Shown: positions 52,305 to 61,616, counted from the first letter of the stretch. The stretch is DNA of 64,000 bases from Dehalococcoidia bacterium (GCA_022450395.1 JAKUQE010000013.1:395-64394); one strand, 5' to 3'. The notes: generated by a model from the sequence alone, not told the origin. A program made the numbers and translations.

Positions 52305-52333
52305 ACTATATGTACAATCGGCGTACAGGTCAA
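52305..52333 (-). promoter_or_regulatory. brnTA promoter (leaderless) with palindromic operator
   Basis: TTGACC-17 nt-TATAGT, 6 nt before the ATG; the spacer is TGTAC-gccgatt-GTACA. Confidence 0.7.
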
Positions 52334-52388
52334 GTGTAGCAGACCGCTATCACACCCAATCAAGTTGTGGATCTATGAGAGCATTCTT

Positions 52389-52532
52389 GAGCCGGAGATC
52401 AAAGAGCAAATCCACGCCGCTAACTACAAGCTTGAATTGGGGCTGGCCGATATGGGGCGAGACGCTGAAGAGATCGCCCGTGCCATCGAAGAGATGCAGG
52501 GCAATTGGCTCATCAATACTCGACACTACTAA
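52389..52532 (+). pseudogene. Orphan 3' fragment of a second grdA allele
   Basis: Encodes EPEIKEQIHAANYKLELGLADMGRDAEEIARAIEEMQG versus grdA EPEIKEQIDSATYDLEVGLADIALDAEEIARAIKEVRG. Confidence 0.85.
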
Positions 52533-53802
52533 GTTTGCTGAACCCGTAGTGGTCGTCGTAGCGCTGGGGGGCGGGTAGAGGGCCGGCGGTGGGGACGTAG
52601 TGGTCCCGGAGGCGACCGCTTATTTTTTGAGGGTTGCCGATGACCCGGTCCACGGGCGGCAGCGGGTCCAGCCCTAGGAGGTCTGCCCGGAAGAAGCTGG
52701 TGGACACGATGGCGTCGGCCTCGGGAACCGGCTCCAACATGGTGGGAGCGCTTCCCGTCGGGTCGTCCTCGCTGGTCAGGAACACGGTCTTGATCCCGGA
52801 CCTCTCACAGGCCTGGAGCGTTCGGATAACCTCGATGAACTCGTTGCCGCCGGCGTCCCAGGTGATCAACGCGCCCTCGGCCCCCAGCATCTTGGCGACC
52901 TTGGCCGTCTGATTGGCGGTCATTTCCTTCTCATGCTGGGTGGTCCATTCGGTGCGGGTGGCGATGACTCCCAGGAAGTTGAAGTCGGTGCCGTGGCGGC
53001 GGTACAGGTCCAACAGCGCCGGATTGTTGGCCATGGTCCAAGACGTGGCGAAGGCGGTGCGGTAAGGGCCGGTTATGGCTCCATCGAGGATCTCGTTGGG
53101 ATGGAACAACCAGGGCGGGGTGAGCTGGGTCAGGCCGTAGGTGGAGGTGCAGAACGTAGCCGGGGAGCCTGACATCGCTTGGGGCGAATGCAGGCACAGG
53201 ATGTACACCACCTTGGGTAATGAGGGGTCCACGTCGGTAAGCTCGAAGGTTTCCCGTTCCGGCGGGTCCAGGCTGGCGGTGGCTGCCGCCAGCCTGTCCG
53301 ATACGGTCAGGACAGCGTTGTGGACGGCATCGTTCCTGGCGTCGACCCCCAGGTTAGGGTCGGGCTCCACCACCACGCACAGGTTGATCAGGGAGCTGGT
53401 GGGGATGATCTCCGACCACGGGCCGGACATGTCCAGGTAGACGAACAGGTGGTCGCCGCCGGCCTCGTGCCACGGAGTTTCGGAAACTTCAACCACTCCG
53501 ACGCCGGACAGCCGGTGGGTGCGTCCTTCGCCCACCGTGGTGATGGAGCGGCCGCAGATGCCGGGGTATACCACCCCAGGCCCTTCCACCTTTACCCGAG
53601 GCTCCACCACGTCCCGCACCGGCCAGATGCGCACGGATTCTCCGGGCTTGGCTAGTTCAAGGTCAGCCTTGGCGATGCGAGGGTCGGATCTCACGGCGTC
53701 AAGAATCTCGTCCCGCGCAACTTCCAGCAGCCCGTCCCGCCATTGGGTTTGGGCCCCGAACACCACGTCGTGAACTGGGAAAGTGCCTATCTCAAGACGC
53801 AT
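52513..53802 (-). CDS. Reductase component B proprotein-like subunit (GrdE/GrdG/GrdI family)
   Basis: MRLEIG, AKPGESVRI.PV.DV.EPR.K, VGEGRTH.L, HPNEILDGA, E..GIKTV. Start at 53802 overlaps the stop of the upstream selenoprotein B gene. Confidence 0.88.
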   Translation of the reverse strand: MRLEIGTFPVHDVVFGAQTQWRDGLLEVARDEILDAVRSDPRIAKADLELAKPGESVRIWPVRDVVEPRVKVEGPGVVYPGICGRSITTVGEGRTHRLSGVGVVEVSETPWHEAGGDHLFVYLDMSGPWSEIIPTSSLINLCVVVEPDPNLGVDARNDAVHNAVLTVSDRLAAATASLDPPERETFELTDVDPSLPKVVYILCLHSPQAMSGSPATFCTSTYGLTQLTPPWLFHPNEILDGAITGPYRTAFATSWTMANNPALLDLYRRHGTDFNFLGVIATRTEWTTQHEKEMTANQTAKVAKMLGAEGALITWDAGGNEFIEVIRTLQACERSGIKTVFLTSEDDPTGSAPTMLEPVPEADAIVSTSFFRADLLGLDPLPPVDRVIGNPQKISGRLRDHYVPTAGPLPAPQRYDDHYGFSKLSSVEY

Positions 53803-55141
53803 GGACCGCCTCCCTAGCCGGAGCCGATTCGTCCGGGTCGAACAGGGTGGGACCACTGACATCGGTCTGGAGGGCTTGCAGCGCCGTTCGGACGATCTGC
53901 AGGCCGTAGGCGAAGTCCTTTTCCGGACCCAGATCCGGGTCGCCGCACACATGCTCGATCCTGGCCCCGCGTATCACCCGGTTGGCGCCCGTGGTGAGGG
54001 CCAGGTTGTAAATGGCGGATATCATGGCCACGGGGATGCCCACCCGTTCGATCTCCTTGCTCACCGTCGCGCCGCAACGGTTGCAGGTGCCTCAAGTCGC
54101 CACCAGGATACAGGCATCCACGCCGGCGTCCTTCAGTTCCTGCGCCATCTCGGCGCCCAGGTGCTTGGATTTAGCCACCGGGGTACTCACGCCGGGCAGG
54201 GTGATGATCTGCGAAGCAACCCGGCCGATCACGCCTTGCGACTCCAGGTGGCGCAAATGACTTAGGGGAAGGATGTAATTCGGGTTGTCGCTGGCTATCT
54301 GGTTGTAGTAGCCGCCGTGGAAAGCTTCCCAGTCATCACCGGTCAGGGATTCCAGCCCGTCAATCGGATATGAGAAATAGCGCTCCGCATTGCCGGAAAC
54401 CTGGCGGTCCGGGTTGCCGATGGGAATCAGCCCCCCGGTTGAGATAAGGGCGATGGTGGCCTGGCTCAGGTCCCGCTGGAGCGACGCCGCCGGAACGGCT
54501 TCCGGGGCTTGGAAAGGGACCTCTGTCTGGAACGGTTCGCCGCGCAGTTTCTTGGCCAGCATGTCCACGGCCCTTTTGTATCCAGGCTCCGATCTCTCGG
54601 AGACTTTGCGTATCCCCCGGCCCAAGTAACCCTCGGTCTCCGCCGGGCCCATCTCTTCACCCGACGTTAGCTTTTGGGCGATCTGGAACATTTGGGAGAC
54701 AACATCGGGCAGGTCCACGGGGCTGGTACCGGTGGGAACGATGTACACCTGCCGCCGGTAGGTCAGCACGCCAGGGTTTTCCGGGTGCATGGCGGTGATC
54801 GCCGGGATGCCCAGATCTTGGGCGGCGGCGCAAACCGCTCCGCAGGCCAGGCCGTAGCGTCCGGCGTCGAAGGCCGGACCAGCGACCACCAGATCGGGTT
54901 TGGCCTCCCGCCACGCCTGAGTGACATCAGCCAGCGCCTGCTCGCGCTGCTCGTTGAAATAGTTGTCGCCGCAGATGATGGTCGCTTCGACGGTTCCACC
55001 GTCCCCCAGCAGTTGCTGGAAGAGACGGGCCGGGCCAATGGGGCCCTTTTTAACCTCGACGGGTATGTTGGCTTTCTCTTCGGCCCCCACGCCACCGAAG
55101 AACTGATTAACGAAGTAGACGACTTTGAGAGATCCGGCCAT
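53792..55141 (-). CDS. Reductase selenoprotein B (GrdB/GrdF/GrdH family), 449 aa, Sec350 (UGA 54092-54094)
   Basis: NQFFGGVGAEEKA, CGDNYF, GPAFDAGRYG, HGGY. Read-through gives ILVAT-U-GTCNRCGATVSKEIERVGIP, joining ORF 53792-54064 in frame. Confidence 0.94.
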
Positions 55142-55236
55142 GTTGGTTCCTCCTGGATTGGGGGTTTGCTCCCAGAGGCGGGTGGTTCGACAGGCTCACC
55201 ACGAGCGGGGTTGGTAGCGCCGTGTTACCGCATACC

Positions 55237-56151
55237 TCATGCAACCGGCGGATTATGCTGGTACCAGTCCACGATCTCCGAGCCGGTGGCCGCCCAAACG
55301 CCTTCGCGCCGGGTCATATGGGCCAGGGCGTCGTCAAGGTAGCCTATGCGGAATGGTTGGCCGATGAGCCAAGGGTGAAGGTTCAGCGTCATCAGCCTTC
55401 CGTTCTGTTGCCCATCTTCATACAGAGTGTCGAAGGCCTCGGTAAGCATGTCCCGGTAACGGCCCACGGTGACCCGCCGTTGCCAAAGGGACACGACGTC
55501 GTCCAGTTCCAGCATGATCGGCAGCGCGAACAAATCGCCGTGGGGGCTTTCCAGCCGGTAGGGTTGTTCGTCGTTGACCCAGTCGCACACGTAGCGGATC
55601 CCGGCCTCGGACAATAATTGGGGAGTCCGGGACGACTCGCCGTACTCGGGGCCCAGCCATCCGGTGGGCGCTTTTCCGGTGGCCTTGGCCAGACTGTCCA
55701 TCGATGAATGGATGTAGTGCCGCTCTTCCTGCTCAGTCATGTTGCCGGTTATCATGCGGCTTACCGATATCCCGTGGCCGATGATTTCGCAACCACGTTT
55801 CAGGCAATGGTCTACCAGGTACGGGTAGTTCTCGGCGGTCATGGCGTCCATGGCCACCGTTGCTTTGATTCCGTGCTTCTCCAGTGTGTCCAGCACGCGG
55901 AAAATACCAACTCGGTGTCCGTACTCCCGGTGGGAGGTGCGGGCGAAGTCCGGATACCCCCGGGAGCCCATGCCGCCGGCCAGAAGGGTGGTGAAACTTC
56001 CCTCCGGTTCAGTCCATTCCATGTGCTCCAGGTTCACGATGACGCAGAGGGCGACCCGGGCGCCGTCCGGCCAACGCAACTTTCCCCGGTTGACGATGGG
56101 AGACCATTGGTAATGTGGGTGATCCATGCCGGGACGGCGTTCTGCAGGCAT
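55237..56151 (-). CDS. Polysaccharide deacetylase-fold hydrolase (PuuE allantoinase-like)
   Basis: WPDGARVA, REYGHRVGIFR, GWLGP, DWVNDEQP, LHPWLIGQPFR; AGGAGG SD before ATG 56151. Confidence 0.88.
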   Translation of the reverse strand: MPAERRPGMDHPHYQWSPIVNRGKLRWPDGARVALCVIVNLEHMEWTEPEGSFTTLLAGGMGSRGYPDFARTSHREYGHRVGIFRVLDTLEKHGIKATVAMDAMTAENYPYLVDHCLKRGCEIIGHGISVSRMITGNMTEQEERHYIHSSMDSLAKATGKAPTGWLGPEYGESSRTPQLLSEAGIRYVCDWVNDEQPYRLESPHGDLFALPIMLELDDVVSLWQRRVTVGRYRDMLTEAFDTLYEDGQQNGRLMTLNLHPWLIGQPFRIGYLDDALAHMTRREGVWAATGSEIVDWYQHNPPVA

Positions 56152-56188
56152 TCGTAAAAGCCTCCTAGGCTCGAGAGGTGATGGGGGC

Positions 56189-56217
56189 GTAGGGGCAGGT
56201 TTCAAACCTGCCCCTAC
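56189..56217. repeat. GTAG-type REP palindrome
   Basis: GTAGGGGCAGGTTT-C-AAACCTGCCCCTAC, perfect 14-bp inverted repeat. Confidence 0.85.
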
Positions 56218-56225
56218 CCGGATGG

Positions 56226-57134
56226 CTACTTATTTAGTTGTCCCGCGTGGGTTACGGCTGCATCGTAGTTATTCGCGATGTAGTAATCGGCGATGTCGTC
56301 GGCCGTGGTTTGCCATACCCCTTCGTGGGACATGATGTAACCCAAGACTTCGTCCAGGTACTTCACCCGGTGGGGTTGGCCGGTTAGGAATGGATGGAGA
56401 GCGATACACATGACCCGCCCGCTCTCGGCTCCCTCTTTGTAGAGCTGGTCGAATTGGGCTTTGCAGATCTCCGCGAAGTAGTCTCCCTCGTAGTGTTGCC
56501 GGTACAGAGGAGCGTCGTTCAGTTCGATAGAGTATGGGACGGAGATTAGCTTTCCCGACTTCACCTTGATGGGCACCGGCTGGTCGTCGTGCATCCAGTC
56601 GGTGTGATAGATCAGGCCTGCCTCGGCCATCAGGTCTGGGGTACGCTCGGTGCCGGAGATTGCCGGGCCTAGCATGCCCTTTAGCTGCTTGCCGGTTTCG
56701 CGGCGCAGGGTTTCGATGCAGTCCACGTAGAACTCTCGCTCCTGCTCCTCCGACATGGGATTCAAGTACCGGGTGTTGTAGATGCCGTGGCTCATGAAGT
56801 CCCAGTTCCTTTCGACCATGGCGTCTTTTATCTCGGGGTAGTGTTCAAGCACCGCCATGTTCAGCGAAACGCAGCAGCGGATGTTGTGCTTATCCAGGAC
56901 CTCCAACATCCGCCAGAAGCCGACCCGGTTGCCGTAGTCCCGATAAGAGTACTGTTGCACGTCGGGGTAAGGCATGCGCGGCCAGGGGTCCCTTTGTCCA
57001 TCGTACTCCGGCTCGTATTCGTAGTGTTCCACGTTGGGCGCTATCCACAGCGCTACCCTGGCGCCATTGGGCCATTTGATGGGAGGGCGGTCGATGATGG
57101 GACTGTAGTCGACTCGATCTGGTTGTAGCGGCAT
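56226..57134 (-). CDS. Polysaccharide deacetylase-fold hydrolase (paralogue of 55237-56151)
   Basis: WPNGARVA, RDYGNRVGFWR, DWMHDDQP, LHPFLTGQPHR. Confidence 0.9.
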   Translation of the reverse strand: MPLQPDRVDYSPIIDRPPIKWPNGARVALWIAPNVEHYEYEPEYDGQRDPWPRMPYPDVQQYSYRDYGNRVGFWRMLEVLDKHNIRCCVSLNMAVLEHYPEIKDAMVERNWDFMSHGIYNTRYLNPMSEEQEREFYVDCIETLRRETGKQLKGMLGPAISGTERTPDLMAEAGLIYHTDWMHDDQPVPIKVKSGKLISVPYSIELNDAPLYRQHYEGDYFAEICKAQFDQLYKEGAESGRVMCIALHPFLTGQPHRVKYLDEVLGYIMSHEGVWQTTADDIADYYIANNYDAAVTHAGQLNK

Positions 57135-57172
57135 GATGAGATGCCTCCTTGGCTAAAGGGATTGCCGGCGGC

Positions 57173-58600
57173 TTAGCTGAGGGTCCCGGCTAGACTGGTC
57201 AGATTCGCCAACTCCGGCGAGGTGTCATCAGCGCCACTCCAGCCGTCGATGGCGTCTTGGAGAGTGGATCTGGCCGGTCCGGTCTCCCCGGTACTGGCCT
57301 GGACGCGCCCCATCCAGAACGTGTCCCTGATTGATGCCCGGCGGCCCAACCGCTCCCGGAGCATGGTTTCGGCTTTGTCGAACTGCTCGGCCCGAAGATA
57401 GGCTTCCAACAGAGTGTCCTCAAACACTTCCCGTTGGGCGTGGCTACCGCCGATCCGTTCTAGTTGTTGCATGGGCGGCTCCATCAATGTTACCGCCGCG
57501 CCATAGTTGCCTTCCGCGAAAGCGGCGATGCCCTGCACCAATGGCAAGGTCATCTCCTTCGCCAAAACGTTGCCCTGATCCGCGATCGTCCGCAGGCCGT
57601 CGATCGCCTTGCCCAGGGCATCCTGGTCGCCGGCGGCGGCGAATGCCAGAGCGGCGTGGGCATCCCGGAAAGGTGGGCCGGGATTTCCCGCGGCGGGCAT
57701 CGCCTGGTCGCGTACTTCGTCCCAGGGCTTGGGAGGGGGAGTGCCGCAGTACAACTGCAACCGCCACAATAGAGAAGCGCTGTCGGCCAGGGAAGCGGCG
57801 CTTTTCGCGATCACCGATGGCCTTATGTATGTCTCGTACCGGTCTAGGGCCTTCTGGTAGCCGCCCATGGCCAGCTCGAATAGAGCTAGGTGCCACGAGA
57901 GGTGGACATGGTAAGCGGCCCGCTTGTCGAAACCCTCCAGCCAGTTGCTCAAGAAATCGCCGCCCGAGACGGCATCCCCTTGCTCGAAGAACACGTGGGT
58001 TATCGAATGGGACGCCACTGCGTTGGTGGGGCGCATCTCCAGCGACTTCTGCGCCAGGCGATAGGCTTCCTCCAACCGGCCGGTTTCGTGGTGAGCGAAG
58101 GCGTAGCTTCCCAGGAAAGCCCAGTCGTCGCTGCAATGTTTCTCTAGACTTTGGCACAGAGCGAATAGCTCTTCAGGGAAATTAGGGACACCGGCGCTGT
58201 GGCAGCCCTGAATAAACAGTCGTTGGGCCAGCCTAAGCATAAAAGTGTCTCGAGGATAGTCGTTGAGGTGCTCGCGTAATAAGGCCAAAGATTGTGGTCC
58301 CTTATTATTGATCCAAAGCGAGAGTGCCTCTATCTGGCGCTTTTCCCGGTCGGACATATCGGACGCCAAAGCCTGGGCACGCCCTACGTTTTCTTTAGCC
58401 TCCGACGCTACGCCGCGCATCATCGACACCCAAGCCAGCCCGGCATGGGGCAGGGCGAAGCCTTCGTCAGCATCGATGGCCTGTTGGAATTTTTCTTCAG
58501 GCCCAAAATTTTGGGAGAGCAGCAGGTCTATACCTTCCGTGCAGGCTTCGGCCGCCACCGTTGATTTGGTGCTGATCGGAAGTCCGAACCGGTCTTGCAA
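57173..58600 (-). CDS. TPR-repeat protein (TTC38-like)
   Basis: HSITHV, HLSWHLAL, SLLWRL, IGGSHAQREVFE motifs. Confidence 0.8.
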   Translation of the reverse strand: MQDRFGLPISTKSTVAAEACTEGIDLLLSQNFGPEEKFQQAIDADEGFALPHAGLAWVSMMRGVASEAKENVGRAQALASDMSDREKRQIEALSLWINNKGPQSLALLREHLNDYPRDTFMLRLAQRLFIQGCHSAGVPNFPEELFALCQSLEKHCSDDWAFLGSYAFAHHETGRLEEAYRLAQKSLEMRPTNAVASHSITHVFFEQGDAVSGGDFLSNWLEGFDKRAAYHVHLSWHLALFELAMGGYQKALDRYETYIRPSVIAKSAASLADSASLLWRLQLYCGTPPPKPWDEVRDQAMPAAGNPGPPFRDAHAALAFAAAGDQDALGKAIDGLRTIADQGNVLAKEMTLPLVQGIAAFAEGNYGAAVTLMEPPMQQLERIGGSHAQREVFEDTLLEAYLRAEQFDKAETMLRERLGRRASIRDTFWMGRVQASTGETGPARSTLQDAIDGWSGADDTSPELANLTSLAGTLS

Positions 58601-58745
58601 AGTGGTTCCTCCTACCCAGGGGGCGCTGCTGCCCCGGTGTTAACCGATGACAAGATCCGAAAGTTGTTGGCTACAAGGACTAGTTCGGAGTGTAATGGGG
58701 GCTCCAATCCCTGTCAACGGCTTCCACCGGCACCCATCTCTCTCG

Positions 58746-58774
58746 TTGACCGCCTCGCCGCCAACACCTACACT
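58746..58774 (+). promoter_or_regulatory. Sigma70-type promoter
   Basis: TTGACC-17 nt-TACACT upstream of ATG 58809. Confidence 0.55.
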
Positions 58775-58808
58775 GACCAAAAATTCGGATGCAAACGGGG
58801 GTACGCCC

Positions 58809-59762
58809 ATGGGGTTCAAGCTGGTGATCTGCCCGCCCAATTATCAAGACGAGTGGCCGGATAAGCTTAGGGAAGCGATTCCGGATATCGACGTACATCT
58901 GTGTCCCACCGTGGGCGAGGCGATGGAGGTGATCGGCGACGCCGACGCCGCCTTCGGAGATATTGTGCCTGAATTACTGGAACGGGCCGGAAACCTCAGA
59001 TGGATCGCCTGTCCCCAAGCCGGTCCCCGGGCCGGCTACTATCACGAGGCGTTGATCGCCAGTGAGGTGGTGCTGACCAACACCAGGGAGATCTACAACG
59101 ACCACATCAGCGCCCACATAATGTCCTTTCTGCTGGCCTTCGCTCGGGGTCTCCACGTCTATCTTCCCCAGCAACTGGAGGGCGATTGGCGGCAAGGCTA
59201 CGACACGATATACCTTCCCGAAGCAACCGCTATTATCGTCGGCGTGGGCGGGATAGGAGGCGAGACAGCCAGATTATGCGCGGAGTTTGGGATGAAGGTG
59301 ATCGGTGTCGACCCGCGTCTAGATCAAGCTCCCCCCGGCGTGGCCGAACTGGTCCGGCCCGGCGACTTGGCATCGGCGCTGCCTCAGGGCGACTTCGTGA
59401 TCGTGACCGTGCCGGAAACCCCGGAAACTCAGGGCTTGTTCGCCGCAACCCAGTTCAAGGCGATGAAAAACACGGCGTTCTTCATCAACATCGGCCGTGG
59501 CGCCACGGTGAAGTTGGACGATCTGGTGGACGCCTTACGGGCCGGTGAGATTGCCGGAGCCGGATTGGACGTGTTCCAAACGGAGCCATTACCTGCCGGC
59601 CATGCCCTTTGGTCCATACCGGGCGTGCTGATCACGCCCCACGTAGCGGGCGACGGCCCCTACTTGCAGGAACGCCGCACCGATCTCTTTATCGACAACT
59701 GTGTCCGGTTCAACGAGGGCCGCCCGTTACGTAACGTGGTCGATAAGGCCAACTGGTTCTAG
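58809..59762 (+). CDS. D-2-hydroxyacid dehydrogenase family protein
   Basis: GVGGIG, PETPET, NIGRG, LDVF.TEPL, TPHVAG. Confidence 0.9.
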   Translation: MGFKLVICPPNYQDEWPDKLREAIPDIDVHLCPTVGEAMEVIGDADAAFGDIVPELLERAGNLRWIACPQAGPRAGYYHEALIASEVVLTNTREIYNDHISAHIMSFLLAFARGLHVYLPQQLEGDWRQGYDTIYLPEATAIIVGVGGIGGETARLCAEFGMKVIGVDPRLDQAPPGVAELVRPGDLASALPQGDFVIVTVPETPETQGLFAATQFKAMKNTAFFINIGRGATVKLDDLVDALRAGEIAGAGLDVFQTEPLPAGHALWSIPGVLITPHVAGDGPYLQERRTDLFIDNCVRFNEGRPLRNVVDKANWF

Positions 59763-59790
59763 AGGCTAGGCGAAAGGTGTGGTTGGCAAG

Positions 59791-59945
59791 TCCCCTCCTT
59801 ATGAAGGAGGGGACTTAGGGGAGGTCGTTTCTCTGGGAGAGCACTATTCCCTGACTCTCCTAGGTCGGGGTGAGGGGCGAAATCCCCCCAACCCCCCTTT
59901 ACGAAAGTGGGGCTTGACGGTATTTGCTAACTACGGGGGATTTTG
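59791..59945. repeat. Cluster of REP-like hairpins (CCCC...GGGG family)
   Basis: tcccctccttatgaaggagggga and aaatcccccaacccccctttacgaaagtgggg...gggggattt; relative at 43340-43384. Confidence 0.65.
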
Positions 59946-59958
59946 GGGAGGATTGAGT

Positions 59959-61506
59959 CTACTTGCCGTCCTTGATGAAGTCGCTGACCCGCTCGCCGAT
60001 CATCATGGTGGTGACGTTGGTGTTGGCCCGGATGCAGTCGGGCATGATGGATGCGTCTACGACACGCAGACCTTCTAGGCCGTGTACCTTGCCGTACTGG
60101 TCCACCACCGCCATCGGATCCGACGACGGGCCCATCTTGCAGGTGCATGAGATGTGCTGGGAGGTGGTTACCGTGCGAGCTATCCACTGGTCCAAGGCTT
60201 CGTCGGACGCCATTTCGGCGTCGGTTGGGGAGATCCGCTCCTGGATGATGTCTTTGAAGGATTCGTGCTCGCCCAGATCGACGCAGATCCGCACTGACTC
60301 CCGCAACCGGCGGACGTCGGACTCCTCTTTCAAGTAGTTGTAGTCCAGGACCGGTTGGGCCGCGGGATCCGCGGACGCTAATTTCAGTTCACCGGCCCCG
60401 GCGGCCAGGTAGATTCCGCTGGTCATGCGTATGCCCAGGGGCTCCATGCGGCCGCCGCCCTGGTTGACGGGCTGGGTGGCGAAGGACTGCATGGATATCT
60501 TCATGTCGTTACGCAGGTCCGAGTCTCCGGCCGTGTAACGAAGGGTCAACTGCATCCTGGGGGCTAGGCCGTCCAGAGGGAAACCTTCCTTAGTGCGCCA
60601 AGTGATCCACACCGCCGGATGGTCTCTTAGGTTTTGCCCCACACCCGGAGCGTCTTTAACCACTGATATGCCCAGACTACCCAGGTGATCGGCCGGGCCG
60701 ACCCCGGAGAGCATCAATATCTGGGGCGAGCCGATGGCCCCGGAGCTCAAGATTATCTCGTCGCCCTCGACGACAAAGGTCTCGCCGCCGCTCTCCAGTT
60801 CCACCCCGGTCGCCCGGTTTCCCTCAAACAGGATGCGGTGAACCAGGCACTCAGGCCTAATGGTCAGGTTCAAACGGTGTCTTGACTGGTCCAAGTAGCC
60901 CATGGCGGTGCTGATGCGGATGCCGCCGGGATTGTTTAGGGGAGTGGGTCCGACCCCCTCGGAGTCGGGATTGTTATGGTCTGGGCAATCCTGATATCCG
61001 GCGTCGATGCAGGCTTCGTAGAATGCCGTCTGGGCGGGCAGCCAGGTTTCCCGCTTGAAGCGGTGCATGATGATGGGGCCTTCGCTGCCGTGAAAGTCGC
61101 CCGAAAAGTCGGGGTCCGTTTCTACTTTGTTGAAATAAGGGATCAGCTTCTGAAAGTTCCACTGATCGTTGCCCTCCGAAGCCCAGGAGTCGTAGTCCTC
61201 GGGCACCCCTCGCAAGAAGACCTGACCGTTGATGGCGCTGGAGCCGCCGGTGACCTTGCCTCGAGGGACCATCATCGGCCCAGCCTGGTCCGTCGACTTG
61301 CCGATGAATTGCCAGTTGTGGTCGCTGGTCATGATGTCCGCCTCGGTGGCGTAGCCGAATTTCACTTCGTCGGGCAGGTCATCGAAGTTCGGGTAGTCTT
61401 TCCCCGCTTCCAATAGCAACACCGAGCGGTTGGGGTCCTCGGTCAAGCGTGTGGCCAATATGGACCCCGCCGACCCTGCGCCAATAATTATCACGTCATA
61501 TTTCAT
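59959..61506 (-). CDS. GMC-family FAD oxidoreductase (choline dehydrogenase/MftG-like)
   Basis: IIGAGSAG, RGKVTGGSSAING, SPQILMLSGVG, VGQNLRDH, LRVVDASIMP..ANTN. Confidence 0.92.
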   Translation of the reverse strand: MKYDVIIIGAGSAGSILATRLTEDPNRSVLLLEAGKDYPNFDDLPDEVKFGYATEADIMTSDHNWQFIGKSTDQAGPMMVPRGKVTGGSSAINGQVFLRGVPEDYDSWASEGNDQWNFQKLIPYFNKVETDPDFSGDFHGSEGPIIMHRFKRETWLPAQTAFYEACIDAGYQDCPDHNNPDSEGVGPTPLNNPGGIRISTAMGYLDQSRHRLNLTIRPECLVHRILFEGNRATGVELESGGETFVVEGDEIILSSGAIGSPQILMLSGVGPADHLGSLGISVVKDAPGVGQNLRDHPAVWITWRTKEGFPLDGLAPRMQLTLRYTAGDSDLRNDMKISMQSFATQPVNQGGGRMEPLGIRMTSGIYLAAGAGELKLASADPAAQPVLDYNYLKEESDVRRLRESVRICVDLGEHESFKDIIQERISPTDAEMASDEALDQWIARTVTTSQHISCTCKMGPSSDPMAVVDQYGKVHGLEGLRVVDASIMPDCIRANTNVTTMMIGERVSDFIKDGK

Positions 61507-61616
61507 TGCTCGTTCTCCCAGTAAAGTTATGATTCCAACGGCTAACGAGTGGCTCTCCCTCCGTAGCCGTGCCCGGACATCTTGTTGATCTGCGATTAGT
61601 CTGCCTGTCAGCGATT

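Noticed and set aside
52248-52532. 94-aa ORF as an intact gene
   Set aside because: 5' half is antisense to brnT and its promoter; only the 3' part is a grdA remnant.
53803-53952. 50-aa N-terminal extension of the 479-aa ORF
   Set aside because: Overlaps the selenoprotein B C-terminus in another frame; the family-like start MRLEIG is at 53802.
57331-58185. Long Arg/Pro-rich alternative ORFs here and many similar ones across the window
   Set aside because: Typical high-GC shadow frames overlapping well-supported genes.
59959-61506. GMC oxidoreductase as choline dehydrogenase feeding a betaine reductase
   Set aside because: Substrate cannot be assigned from motifs, and it is in a separate transcription unit with no aldehyde dehydrogenase nearby.
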